Part shown: piece after piece, positions 25,035-37,029 of the stretch
Layout: the number at the start of each line of letters is the position of its first letter
How positions within the stretch are numbered: the first letter of the stretch is position 1
Source of the DNA: Okamejei kenojei
Lineage: Eukaryota
Direction of reading: 5' to 3'
NCBI GenBank assembly: GCA_035221665.1
Contig: CM069132.1
Coordinates: 31,062,001 to 31,126,000 of the forward strand
Length of the DNA stretch: 64,000 nucleotides
Translations under genes and position numbers: made by a program
The notes under the pieces: generated by a model
The model's database searches: none
The model's input: only the letters and a program-made list of their open reading frames with translations
What the model was told of the DNA's origin: nothing

Positions 25035-27372
25035 AAACATAGAAAATACGTGCAGGAGTAGACCATTCGGCCCTTCGAGCCTGCACCGCCATTCAATATG
25101 ATCATGGCTGATCATCCAACTCAGTATCCCGTACCTGACTTCTCTCCATACCCCCTGATCCCCTTAGCCACAAGGGCCACATCTAACTCCCTTTTAAATA
25201 TAGCCAATGACCTGACCTCAACTACCTTCTGTGGCAGAGAATTCCACAGATTCACCACTCTCTGTGTGAAAAATGTTTTTCTCATCTCGGTCCTAAAAGA
25301 CTTCCCCCTTATCCTTAAACTGTGACCCCTTGTTCTGGACTTCCCCAACTTCGGGAACAATCTTCCTGCATCTAGCCTGTCCAACCCCTTAAGAATTTTG
25401 TAAGTTTTTATGAGATCCCCCCTCAATCTTCTAAATTCTAGCGAGTACAAGCCGAGTCTATCCAATCTTTCTTTATATGAAAGTCCTGACATCCCAGGAA
25501 TCAGTCTGGTGAAACTTCTCTGTACTCCCTCTATGGCAAGAATGTCTTTCCTCAGATTAGGAGACCAAAACTGTACGCAATACTCCAGGTGTGGTCTCAC
25601 CAAGACCCTGTACAACTGCAGTAGAACTTCCCTGCTCCTATACACAAATCTTTTTGCTATGAATCCTAACATACCATTCACTTTCTTCACAGCCTGCTGC
25701 ACCTGCATGCCTACTTTCAATGACTGGTGTACCATGACACCCAGGTCTCGTTGCATCTCCCCTTTTCCTAATCGGCCGCCAATCAGATAAGTCTACTTTC
25801 CTGTTTTTGCCACCAAAGTGGATAACCTCACATTTATCCACATTATACTGCATCTGCCATGCATTTGCCCACTCACCCAATCCATCTAAGTCACCTTGCA
25901 GCCTCCTAGCATCCTCCTCACAGCTAACACTGCCCCCCAGCTTCGTGTCATCCGCAAACTTGGAGATGTTGCATTCAATTCCCTCGTCCAAATCATTAAT
26001 ATATATTGTAAATAGCTGGGGTCCCAGCACCGAGCCTTGCAGCACCCCACTAGTCACTGCCTGCCATCCTGAAAAGGACCCATTTACTCATACTCTTTGC
26101 TTCCTGTCTGCTAGCCTGTTCTCTATCCACATCAATACTGAACCCCCAATACCTTGTGCTTTAAGTTTACATACTAATCGCTTATGTGGGACCTTGTCGA
26201 AAGCCTTCTGAAAGTCCAGATATAACACATCCACTGGTTTTCCCTTATCCACTCTACTAGTTACATCCTCGAAAAATTCTATAAGATTCGTCAGACATGA
26301 TTTACCCTTCATAAATCCATGCTGACTTTGTCCAATGATTTCACCACTTTCCAAATGTGCGGCCATCCCATCTTTAATAACTGACTCTAGCAGTTTCCCC
26401 ACTACCGATGTTAGACTAACTGGTCTGTAATTCCCCGTTTTCTCTCTCCCTTTTTAAAAAGTGGGGTTACATTAGCTACCCTCCAATCCTCAGGAACCAC
26501 TCCAGAATCAAAAGAGTTTTTTTTTAATTATCACTAATGCATCCACTATTTCTGGGGCTACTTCCTTAAGTACTCTGGGATGCAGCCTATCTGGCCCTGG
26601 GGATTTATCAGCCTTTAATCCATTCAAATTACCTAACACCACTTCCCGGCTAACCTGGATTTCACTCAGTTCCTCCATCTCATTTGACCCCCAGTCCCCT
26701 GCTATTTCCGGCAGATTATTTATGTCTTCCTTAGTGAAGACAGAACCAAAGTAGTTATTCAATTTGTCTGCCATGTCTTTGTTCCCCATGATCAATTCAC
26801 CAGTTTCTGACTGCAAGGGACCTACATTTCTTTTAACTAATCTCTTTCTCTTCACATATCTATAAAAACTTTTACAATCAGTTTTTATGGTCACTGCCAG
26901 TTTTCTTTCATAATCTATTTTCCCTTTCCTAATTAAGCCCTTTGTCCTCCTCTGCTAGACTCTGAATTTCTCCCAGTGCTCGGTTAGGCTGCTTTTTCTT
27001 GCTAATTTGTATGCTTCATCTTTTGTTTTGATACTATCCCTGATTTCCCTTGTTATCCACGGATGCACTACCTTCCCTGATTTATTCTTTTGCCAAACTG
27101 GGATGAACAATTGTTGTATTTCATTCATGCAGTCTTTAAATGCCTTCCATTGCCTATCCACCGTCAACCCTTTAAGAAACAATTGCCAGTCTATCTTGGC
27201 CAATTCACGTCTCATACCATCAAAGTTACCTTTCTTTAAGTTCAGAACCCTTGTTTCTGAATTAATTATGTCACTCTCCATCCTAATGAGGAACTCAACC
27301 ATATTATGGTCACTCTTGCCCAAGGGGCCACACACAAGACTGCTAACTAACCCTTCCTCATTACTCAATAAA
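25035..27372 (-). mobile_element. CR1 LINE, comparatively young, 5'-truncated ORF2
   Basis: Frameshifted ORF2 pieces PLGKSDHNMVEF, KSPGPD, YLDFQKAFDKVPH, QGSVLGPQLFTIYINDLD, KFADDTKLGG and RPHLEYCVQFW; intact 3' UTR. Confidence 0.95.
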
Positions 27373-28429
27373 CCCGAAATTAACTGTGACAACATGAAAT
27401 TCTGAAATTAAAACTTTAAAACTATGTTTTGTTCTGTTTAAACAATGTTGTCTTTGAAAGACTCAGCAGGTAGTACACCTGTGGGAGAAATTCCCACTCC
27501 ACTCACACAACCTAGCTTTTTAAAAGAAATGATTTGTAGAAAGAAGGAACTGCAGATGCTCATTTGCAGAAAGAGACTGAAAGTGCTGGAGTAACTCAAC
27601 AGGTCAGGCAGCATCTCTGGAGAAGATGTATGGGTGATGTTTTGAGTCAGGAATCTTCTTTAAGAAGGCCCTTTTTAAGAAAGGCTGAGACAGGGCAAAA
27701 CATCAAATAGTTGATGAAACTAATACCGAAGAATATACTTCAGAAGTCCAAACTGTCTTAGATTATATTTCTTTTTTAAAAGATTAATCGATTATTCAGT
27801 TGTAGTGGAATTGATATTGGTTTATTATTGTCACTTGTACATTGGAAAACATTGTTTTGCATGCTACCCAAGCAAATAATTCCATACACAAGTACAACAG
27901 GTAGTGCAGAAAAGGGAAACAGGGTGTAGAATATAATGTTGTATTTACAGAGAAGTGCCAATAAAAAATTGCAAGGGCCACAAAGAGGTAAATTGTGACA
28001 TCAAGGAATACATCCTTCGCAAGTGAGGTCCTTTCAAAAGTCTGCTAACAGCGGTAAAATAAGCTGTTCATGAATCTGGTGTTTGTGCTTATGTTGATTA
28101 TGCAGCATGATTATGTAAAGTAATGATTGACATTACTTTAATGATCTTGGTGTGAAACCATTAACGCAAAAAAAATGCTTGAAATCTTTCCGACTAGACA
28201 AAATATTCAACTCCACGCACAAAAATTATGATTGGATTTAGGTTATCACAAGGATATGATCTTCTGTAATCAAAGAAACTCAGTTAAGAAACAAACCAAA
28301 AGGACAAAGGGTAATATTTGCACTCTGTCAGTCAATCATTTGAATGAAGACAAAACTGTTAAAACCGTTTGAGATGTTTTTTTAGTTTAGTTTAGCGATA
28401 CAGGGTCTCACCGGATCCTCGCCAACCAG

Positions 28430-29046
28430 TCAGTAACCAGACCACAATAGTGCAAAACTGAAGTTTAGTGCAACCAAAATAAAGTCCACAGTAGATCACA
28501 GTTGCTGAGATGTGTTTAGCGATGTGCAGTGTTCAAGAATCTGATGTTCACAGAGAATAAGCCATTCTTGAACCTGGAACTTGCTATTCTCAGGCTATTA
28601 TTTTCAATAATAACAGTGAAATAAGAGTGTAGCCCGAGTGTGATGTGGATCTTTAATGACATTAGCTGCCTTTTTGAGGCAGCCATCTATAGATACTTTT
28701 GATGGTGGGGTGGTGAGCATCTTTGTTAAGCCAGGCAGTGTCAACCACTCTCTGTAATCTCCTCCGTTCCTGGGCTTTTGTGTTACAGAACTCGGCTGTG
28801 ATGCAATGAGTCAGTCTGCTCTCTACCATACCAACGTCTACCTGTAGAAGTTTGATAGAGCATTCGATGGCATACCAAATCTCCTCAAACTACTAAGGAA
28901 GTAAAGGTATTGATGAGGTTTTTTGTGATTGCATGTCCTGCGCCCAGGATAGACCTTCAGAGATATGTACAGCCAACATATTTGCTGTTGACTCTCCATT
29001 TAACATCCCAACATTGATGGCAGGTTCATAAATCCTCTCACCCTCC

Positions 29047-29078
<32 letters not shown>

Positions 29079-29945
29079 AACATTGTCATTCAGGCGCCAT
29101 TCAATTAGATGTATCTTCCTCCTGTACTCGGACTCATTGTTGATCATAGATAGACAGAAAATGCTGGAGTAACCCAGCGGGACAGGCAGCATCCCTGGAG
29201 AGAAGTTTTGGGTTGACACCCTTCTTCGGACTTATTGTTGAGCATTATTCATCCAACTTTTCAGGCATTGTCAGTGGATTTAAAGATAATGTTAAAACTG
29301 TGTCTGGCTACACAGTCATAGGATAGAAAAAAAAAGAGCAGGTGGCTGAGCACACAACCTTAAGATTTTCCTGTGCTGATGGTCATCGAGGAGTTGTTGC
29401 AAATTAGTAATGGCGGCTTTCCAATGAGGAAGCCGAGGATCCAAAATACAGACAAGTAGAGATTGTTGATAAGTTTAGAAGTGATGATGGTGTTAAACAC
29501 AGAGCCATAGTCAATCAACAATAGCCTTAGATATGTGTTCTTATTGTCTAAGTGGTCTAGTGCAGAGTGGAGAGCCAACTATATCACATCTGTTGAAAGG
29601 CAAATTGTGAGAGTCCAGGTCCTTAGGCAGGAGTTGATATGCGTCATAACCAACCACTGGAAGTACTTCATCACCACGAAAATCAGTATCACCTGTTGGT
29701 GGCCTTTGAGGCATGTCACCTTACCCTTTTTGGGCATCGATATTATGGATGTCCTTTTAATGCATATGAGGGGCCTCAGACTTTGGTAATGAGCGGTTGA
29801 CGATGTCAGCAAATGCTCTTGCCAGTTGGTTGAATGCGACCAGGTATACCGTTGGGACCAGACACTTTCCGAGGATTCATCCTCATGAAGGATCTTCTGA
29901 CATCGGCCATGACAACTGTGATTACAGTCCCACTGGGACTGTGGG
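28430..29945 (-). mobile_element. Old Rex1/Babar-like LINE fragments with a nested short Penelope-derived piece at about 29150-29232
   Basis: ALHSALDHLDNKNTYLRLLLIDY..FNTII, IISMPKKGKVTCL and LAVHISEGLSW. Confidence 0.7.
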
Positions 29946-30259
29946 GGCCCATCGATGACTCAAACTAGAAATAACCTAGGTTGAGACATTTTCCTCATGT
30001 GCAAAGCTCGAGCAATCATAATGGATAACATCAACATAAGAAACTCTTATCTTGAAGCTACAAATATGAATTGAGCAGAAGAGTTATGTTTATAACACAA
30101 GATGTTTTTTGCAGAACAGAACTCGTGTGCAGTGTAGTGTAAGGTAAAATTTGGAAGTGATTTCATCCTGCCCAAACAGGATTAAGATCATGAATTTATT
30201 TTTGGTGCACCATGAGAAAAAGAACAATGCGTGTGCTGTTCCCCAGAAGACTTTAGAGA

Positions 30260-30670
30260 AACAGCGCAGAAACAGACCCTTCAGCACAGAGTCCGCGCAG
30301 GCCAGCAATCAACGCCATACACTGCTCCACACTCGGGACAATTAACAATTTTACCAAAGTCAATGGGGTGGAAGATTGCAACCTTCACATGGTCCACCCC
30401 GTTTCAATGAATGCAATCAACCTGGCGTGCACAATCAAATAAGATCAAATAGAACAAGTTGTCCTACAACCTTAGGCTGTGCACGCCATATGCAAGAAGA
30501 AGACCAAAGCCAATTAACCTACAAACCGATATATCTTTGGGGTGTGGAAAGAAACCAGAGAAAAGTCTTGCGGGAGAACATACAAACTCCATACAAACTG
30601 CATCCGTAGTCAGGGTCAAACCCAAGTGTCTGGCGTTGCAAGGCAGCAGTTCTACAGCTGCACCACTGTG
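30260..30670 (-). mobile_element. HE1-like SINE interrupted by a short insertion
   Basis: Reverse-complement SINE tail (GAAACAGACCCTTC...GTCCGCGC) and head (GGCAGCAGTTCTACAGCTGCACC). Confidence 0.7.
30365..30502 (+). mobile_element. 138-bp retroposed 3' end (Vingi/RTE-like tail) with 12-bp TSD
   Basis: Flanked by ACCAAAGTCAAT (30353-30364) and ACCAAAGCCAAT (30503-30514); ends in CGCCATATGCAAGAAGAAG. Confidence 0.7.
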
Positions 30671-31684
30671 TTGCCAGGACAGAAACTACACTAATCAATA
30701 AATACTTTTCTCTTAAGTTTCCACAAAGAACTGAACTTAATCAAATAGTATTGATTAAAAGCTTCCAAGATATCACTGTTGGTTGGATTTTCAGAAAATG
30801 TATTAGTTATAAAACCATCCAAGTATTGACGCAGTAGGATGAAATCTGCGCAGTACAAGAACACCTGATGAGAATAGTCCTTTGCACAGGTTTCTAAAGA
30901 TATCAGAACAGGGAAAGGATGTTGGCAGTTCACACCAATCTAAACCAAAAAATAAATATAGAATAAAATAGTAGCATCCATTCAAGACAAAAAAAAAAAG
31001 AGTATTCACCAAATTTAAATATTAGGTCTAGATGGTACAGATGGAAGGATTCAATTTAGTGGCAGATTTCCACTTATTGAATACTGTACCAAGAATTAAT
31101 GTCAAAACTTTATTGCTGATAAATTTTGCAAGATATAATGGATAGATAATCCATTCAACAGCAATTTTGGAAAAACTAAGTGTGAGTGTTTTCCTTGGCA
31201 GAGATGGTAAAGGTTACACCCACATCTTGGTGCAACTGGGTCCCATTTTCGTCAAGACAATGTAACACATATTCACACACACATCTCAACTTTCTGGTTC
31301 TGCAAAAAATAAACTTAAGTAAATAACATCTGCTTACAATATTGTATTAACACAGTTAAGTCTAATATATTGTACCATGCAACAATTTTTTATCAGAAAC
31401 GCAGGAAAATAGTTATCCTCTTCACTTGCTCGTGTTGAGTACTTTGTTCATTGTAACAGAGGCAGGGAATCAGTAATCATCTCAATGAGTCACTACAATT
31501 GATGGCATTGCAACTCTCTGGAGAAGACACTCATCGCAGCAAATTCAAATCTACTAATTCTTCTTGCCAGCTTTGTTGTATTATCTTTCCACTTTCCGAA
31601 TAGCCTTGGTGCAAGTATATATAACATGCAAAATTTAGTGGGGTCATTAAAATCAGATTTCCCACTCCCAGGGAAAATAATTAC

Positions 31685-31705
31685 CTGATTGTGATTGGAG
31701 TGTCT
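31685..31705 (-). CDS. Candidate 21-nt micro-exon (RHSNHNQ, phase 0 to 0)
   Basis: CTAACTTTTCATCAG acceptor with branch-like CTAAC; CAG|GTAATT donor; frame-preserving. Confidence 0.4.
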
Positions 31706-32477
31706 CTGATGAAAAGTTAGTTCTTAATCTATTAACCAGATGGCCAACCAAATGGATAACCGACAGTTCATCACCATGGCAACCCCAGTCTCACCCTACC
31801 AGGGATAAACTCTATGTCCTAAAAATCCACCCTTCATCTTGAAACCAACTTGTCTTCTCATGTTCCAGTTTTGATGGGGTTTGTGACCCGAAACATTCAC
31901 TCTGTTTCTTTTTCCACATATGCTGCTTGACCATATTTTCAGGTTTATTTTGGCATTTCATATTTTTGTTTTACAATGTCCATGTTCTTCATTCAGAAAG
32001 GCAATAGTAATTACAAAATATTAACATATTATCCATTTATCATCAAAAATTTGTTCAAATATTAAATTCAACACTACAATATCAAACATCAAATATTCTA
32101 CTTATAGGATGCTCTACCAAAGTGGAAAGCATTTATGTCCATAAAGTTTTGTATATAAGGGAACTATTTTACTCTATTCAAAATATTTATGTTATTTGTT
32201 TAGGTTTAAAGAGATAACTATTAATAAATAAGGATACATTACAGATATAAAACAGGATGTTCAACAACTCAAATGTCACGTACACATTCCATTAACCAAA
32301 ACATATGTTGCTGATTTCTCAAAGATATTTATAGTACGTGTAGAATGAAAATGGTAAACCAATTATGTCCTCTTCAACCAGGGACTGACTATCTTTTGCA
32401 ACTAGATCCAAAGTAACAATTGTGACACAACCATATGTATACCCATGGATCATTTGTAAAATAATTTTTATACTCAC

Positions 32478-32579
32478 ATTTTCTTTTCTTTGATGGTAAC
32501 GGATTAAAGCATCCCTGAATGCTTTTGTGACTTTCAGAACAAAACTGGCATCATCTTCACTTTTTATCTTAAAGCTTTG
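32478..32579 (-). CDS. Internal exon (102 nt) of the zinc-finger gene
   Basis: TTTGCAG acceptor and GTGAGT donor; QSFKIKSEDDASFVLKVTKAFRDALIRYHQRKEN. Confidence 0.85.
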
Positions 32580-32714
32580 CTGCAAATAAATAATTACATT
32601 TTCAAACTGAAAATAAATTATTAAATGTCAGTTGAAAAAATGCCATGAATGATCTGAAATTCCATTGACCACAACTTGCCAGAATCATCCAAATTAAATC
32701 TTAATAATTGTTTT

Positions 32715-33725
32715 ACACCCAATGACCCCAGGTTACATCACTGATGATGTGTTCAGGACCTGGACAAGGTGGGAACAGGCCATGGATTGAAAAGTAACAT
32801 GGACTGAGCTCTGGCAGGCTGAACCACAGCGCATCAAGTCCCTGGTCCAGGCAGTGTATGATGTCCTGCCCAGCCCATCGAACCTCTTCATCTGGGGCAA
32901 TGCGGAATCTCCGGATTGCCCGCAATGCTCAGGCATGGGGACGTTGGAACACACCCTGAGCTGCTGCCCAAAGGCTCTTGGGCAGGGCCGGTACACCTGG
33001 CATCACGACCAGATTCTTAAACCCATTGCAGAAGCCAACAGCATGGGAATCAGCAGCTGCAGACGAGCACGCCCCATCATCCAAATGATCACCTTCGGGA
33101 AGGCCGGAGTGCAGCTGCCAAGAACCAAAGCAGCCAGGAATCAGTCAGGAATCCTGACGACTGCGCAGGACTGGCTGCTTTCTGTAGACCTGGTGAAACA
33201 GCTGAAGTGCCCACAGCACATTGCCACGACCACCGTGAGGCCAGACATCCTCCTGGTCTTAAAGAGGCGACCAAAAACATTGTCTTATTGAAACTGACAG
33301 TGCCGTGGGAGGACCGTCTGGAGGAGGCCCTCGAGAGGAAGATGACCAAGTACGAAGAACTGGTCATAGACTGCCGCAAGCATGGCTGGAAGTCAAGGTG
33401 TATGCCCATCGAGGTTGGCTGCAGAGGTTTTGCAGGGCAATCGCTCTACAAAGCCTTGAGCGCACTGGGCATCAACGGAATGGAGAGGAGAAGAGCCATC
33501 AAGAACACCGCAGAGGCAGCGGAGAAAGCCTTGAGATGGCTCTGGATCAGGAGAGAAGGTCCAAGGGGAGCAGCGAATGCCACCTGAACACAAGCCGTGG
33601 TCTGATCAACCACGGCTGGGTCGCCTGGGTGAGGGTGTCCGACGTTGAAATCCCGAAACACCCAATGACCCCAGGTTACATCACTGATGATGTGTTCAGG
33701 AGCATCAATAGATGTATTTTTATCA
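32715..33725 (+). mobile_element. HERO/R2-group non-LTR retrotransposon 3' end (CCHC knuckle and REL endonuclease)
   Basis: CPQC..GTLEHTLSCC, YTWHHDQIL, RPDILL, LTVPWEDRLEEA.ERK..KY and PIEVGCRGF, with one frameshift; 44-bp direct repeat at 32715-32758 and 33658-33701. Confidence 0.88.
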
Positions 33726-34179
33726 AGACTTATACACCATTGTGTTCAAACACGGACTGATTTTATACATTAAATCTGGCAAATACTAAATCACGACTCG
33801 ATGGCCAAAAGAAAGTTATTTAGTTAACACCTGTACATAAGCATTAACTATTCTCGATGTAAGTAGTCATGGTCACATTTCCCCACAATTTATATTTATT
33901 CCAAATGTTTAACCTACTCAATACCTCTTCTTTGCTTTCCAACCTATCTTCATATTGCCAGCAAAACTAACTACAATAACCTTAAAATATCTGGAAGCCC
34001 AGAAATAATTCCTTAGACAAATTCTCAGCAGTTCTCACAGAACAGACTAATTATTTTTCTGACAGTGAAAGATCCACAATCTACCACTAGGTGGTAGAGT
34101 GCACTTGAATTTCAACATGCAGAACCACCATCTCATAAAAAACAGCAGGCTCAGTGCTGACAGAGGTCTTAAACGAAGG

Positions 34180-34495
34180 CTTCAAAGGTCTCTTTATTGC
34201 CACGTGTACCAATTAAGGTACAGTGGAATTACCGTACAGCCATACAAAAAAAGACACACAACTACATAAAAGTTAACATAAACATCCACCACATTCCCCA
34301 CATTCCTCACTGTGATGGAAGGCAATAAAGTCAATTCCTCTTCCTCTTTATTCTCCCGCGGTCGGGGCAGTCGAACCATCCGCAGTCGGGGCGGTAGAAG
34401 CTCCCGCAGCCGGCGATCGAAGCTCCCGCGTCAGAGCGATCGAAGCCCCCACGTCGGGACGGTCGAAGCTCCAGCGATCGGGGAGGTCGAAGTAT
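34180..34495 (-). mobile_element. Family X non-autonomous element, 3' part
   Basis: Homologous to 19840-20110. Confidence 0.6.
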
Positions 34496-34808
34496 CTTGT
34501 GAGGTAGCTCTATTGTGGACAGTGGGAGAGTCTTGTATATTAAGGGTACTGAACCAAGTCAGAGTTGAGATATGGATCAATTATAATCGGACTGCAGGCT
34601 GGTGGCTTGAGGGATTGATTGTCAAGGACCAGAGATTACTAGGAAGAACACATCTTATTCTGGCAAAAAGTGAGCAAACAATATAATTCAACTTTCTACC
34701 TTCAATCAATTAGCAATGCATAATATGCATACTTTGAATTCCAACAGATTAAACTCAGCTCCCAGTTACATTACTTTGCTGGCAATAGCAACATTAATTT
34801 ATGCTTAC

Positions 34809-34880
34809 CAAATAGTCATACAGTTTCTTTCTTTTAAAATCAACCACATCTGAAAAATTCTGTGGCTGGGCAAAATCACC
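34809..34880 (-). CDS. Internal exon (72 nt) of the zinc-finger gene
   Basis: TTTTGTAG acceptor and GTAAGC donor; GDFAQPQNFSDVVDFKRKKLYDYL. Confidence 0.8.
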
Positions 34881-35035
34881 CTACAAAATGGAAGAAAAAA
34901 AAAAATTAAAGATAACATTTTGTTTACACCAGATATCTTCATAATATATTCAACATAAATGACAATGCGCCACATCAACAAAAATAGTTACATATAAAAA
35001 TAGATTTGAAAACAGAGAGAGCTTGGACCACAAAC

Positions 35036-35524
35036 AGAGGCATGATCTTCTGACAATGCTAAGTCAACAATTCTTTGTGTTCTTCAATGCACTATGAACG
35101 GATTTTCATAAAATTATAGTAAAGAAATTAACATATTAACTTTTGTATTCCAAGGTCATCTTTTTTCCAATATTACTTCCAACCATCTCAAGGTATAAAA
35201 CTGTCCTCCAAGTACAAAAGCATACATTCAAGTGCAAGAAGAGTGGCACGGTTGTGCAGTGGTACAGTTGTTGCCTTACAGCACCAAAGAACCAGGTTCA
35301 GTCCTGACTATGGATGCTGTCTGCACTATACTGTACTGTAGTGAGTTTTCTCTGGGTGCTCTGGTTTTCTCCCACACTCCATTGACGTGCAGGTTTGTCG
35401 GTTAACTGGCTTGTGAAACATTGTAAAATTGTCCCTTGTATGTAGGATAGAGTTAGTGTATGGGGGATCAATGGTTGGCGCGGAATCTATGGGCTGAAGG
35501 GCCTGTTTCCGTGCTGTATCTCCA
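35036..35524 (+). repeat. Local direct duplication, copy 1 (about 200 bp of non-SINE sequence plus an HE1-like SINE)
   Basis: Nearly identical to 40699-41186. Confidence 0.9.
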
Positions 35525-36780
35525 CAATCTAAAATCTAAATAGTATGTTTTACTGTTGATACATTAAAAAGCTATATATCTATAAAACAGATTTTAGTGT
35601 TTTGTGCATTGGACTGCTATTTCAAAACCAAAAATTAACAAGGAGAAATATTTATTGAGACCTTGACATAGACAGTAAGTTCACAAAATGATAACATTTG
35701 ACAGTTCCTAACATGAAGTTAAAAAAAGCATAATTCTCCAGGTACCAAGTAATCTTTATTATTCGGTTAAAATATGTTATAGAAATACTTTGTTCAATGT
35801 GTCCACTTAATGCCTTAACCTCTTTTGGTTTGATTTGATCAAAAAAAGTTTCTAAAATGCTGGTCTAATTATGCTAAACGGAATGTATAAGCAAAGGCCT
35901 GGGCTGCATTTAAATGCATTTGGCAGAAGTGGTCAAAGATGAGGCGCAAGAAAGAAGAAACGAATTGCAGAATGGCATATTACATTAAAAATATGCTGAG
36001 AAAAAAAACTGATCAGAGAAATGCAGAGCAGATCAAGACAAGTGACAAGATTTGCTTCTGCAAATAAGCATGGCAAACAACAGTAGAAAAGTAGTGCAAA
36101 TTCAAAAGGCCTTGGTCAGACAAAGACTGGAATTCAAACAACATTTAATTCAAATATATTCAGAGCAAACAAAAAAGGCAAGTATGAAATGTAAGTGATC
36201 AAAACTGATGTTAAAGAAATGGACAATATGCTTCAAGGAGCAATTCCACTGATTTGAGATAATAGCAGAAAAAAGTGACCTTCTCACGCTAGCTGTTTAC
36301 CGTGGATTACAAATAGACTACCAATCTTAGTGGCAGTGATGGTAGGTCATAGGAAACAACAGCAACAATCAAATTTATGAGCCATCATCAATTGAGAAAC
36401 AAAGCCAGAGCAGAAAACACAAAGACCTGTCAATATATCGACCATGCAAGACTGAACTGATAGATCATAGCTCAACTTAACAATGAGCAAAATAATACAT
36501 GACATTAACAGTTTATGAAACAAAGAGTATTGAATGGGAGATTTCATATTTTCTATATTAACAAGGTGTGTGAGCAATTCACGTGCTTTGTAGTTACATT
36601 GGGAGTTGAAAAATGCAGACAAGGACAAATTTTGGGTGGCTTTTTAAACGAAGCATGCATAGAAACAATGGTCCTAATGGCTAATCTGTGCGATATGCAG
36701 CTATAACCCAACAAACAAACATATATTTACAGAGTTTCCGAAAAATCAGACCACTTAGATCCATTTATACTGTGACTTAC

Positions 36781-36808
36781 CTTCTGCTCCATGCGGTAGT
36801 CTAATTTC
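36781..36808 (-). CDS. 28-nt exon (phase 2 to 0) of the zinc-finger gene
   Basis: ATTGCAG acceptor and AAG|GTAAGT donor; (G)KLDYRMEQK restores frame between the flanking exons. Confidence 0.8.
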
Positions 36809-37029
36809 CTGCAATATAAATATTAAATGTTGAGCAACCTTCATACATTTGGAAGATTTCATTAATTTGAGCATACAACAGAATATCATTTTTGAAAATT
36901 ATTTTACAACAAAAATGAAAATATATTGCCGATAAGTGACCAAAGTTTGATTACAATTAGAAGTTGAAAATTGTCATCGAATACTGATAGTATAAACAAT
37001 ATTCTTGATATATCCATCACATAAAAGGA

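Noticed and set aside
30691-30933. Minus-strand ORF with an acceptor-like site near 30893
   Set aside because: Weak donor, and phases do not fit the gene model.
31273-31299. Acceptor followed by NQKVEMCV-stop
   Set aside because: No convincing donor; it could be an alternative terminal exon but is unsupported.
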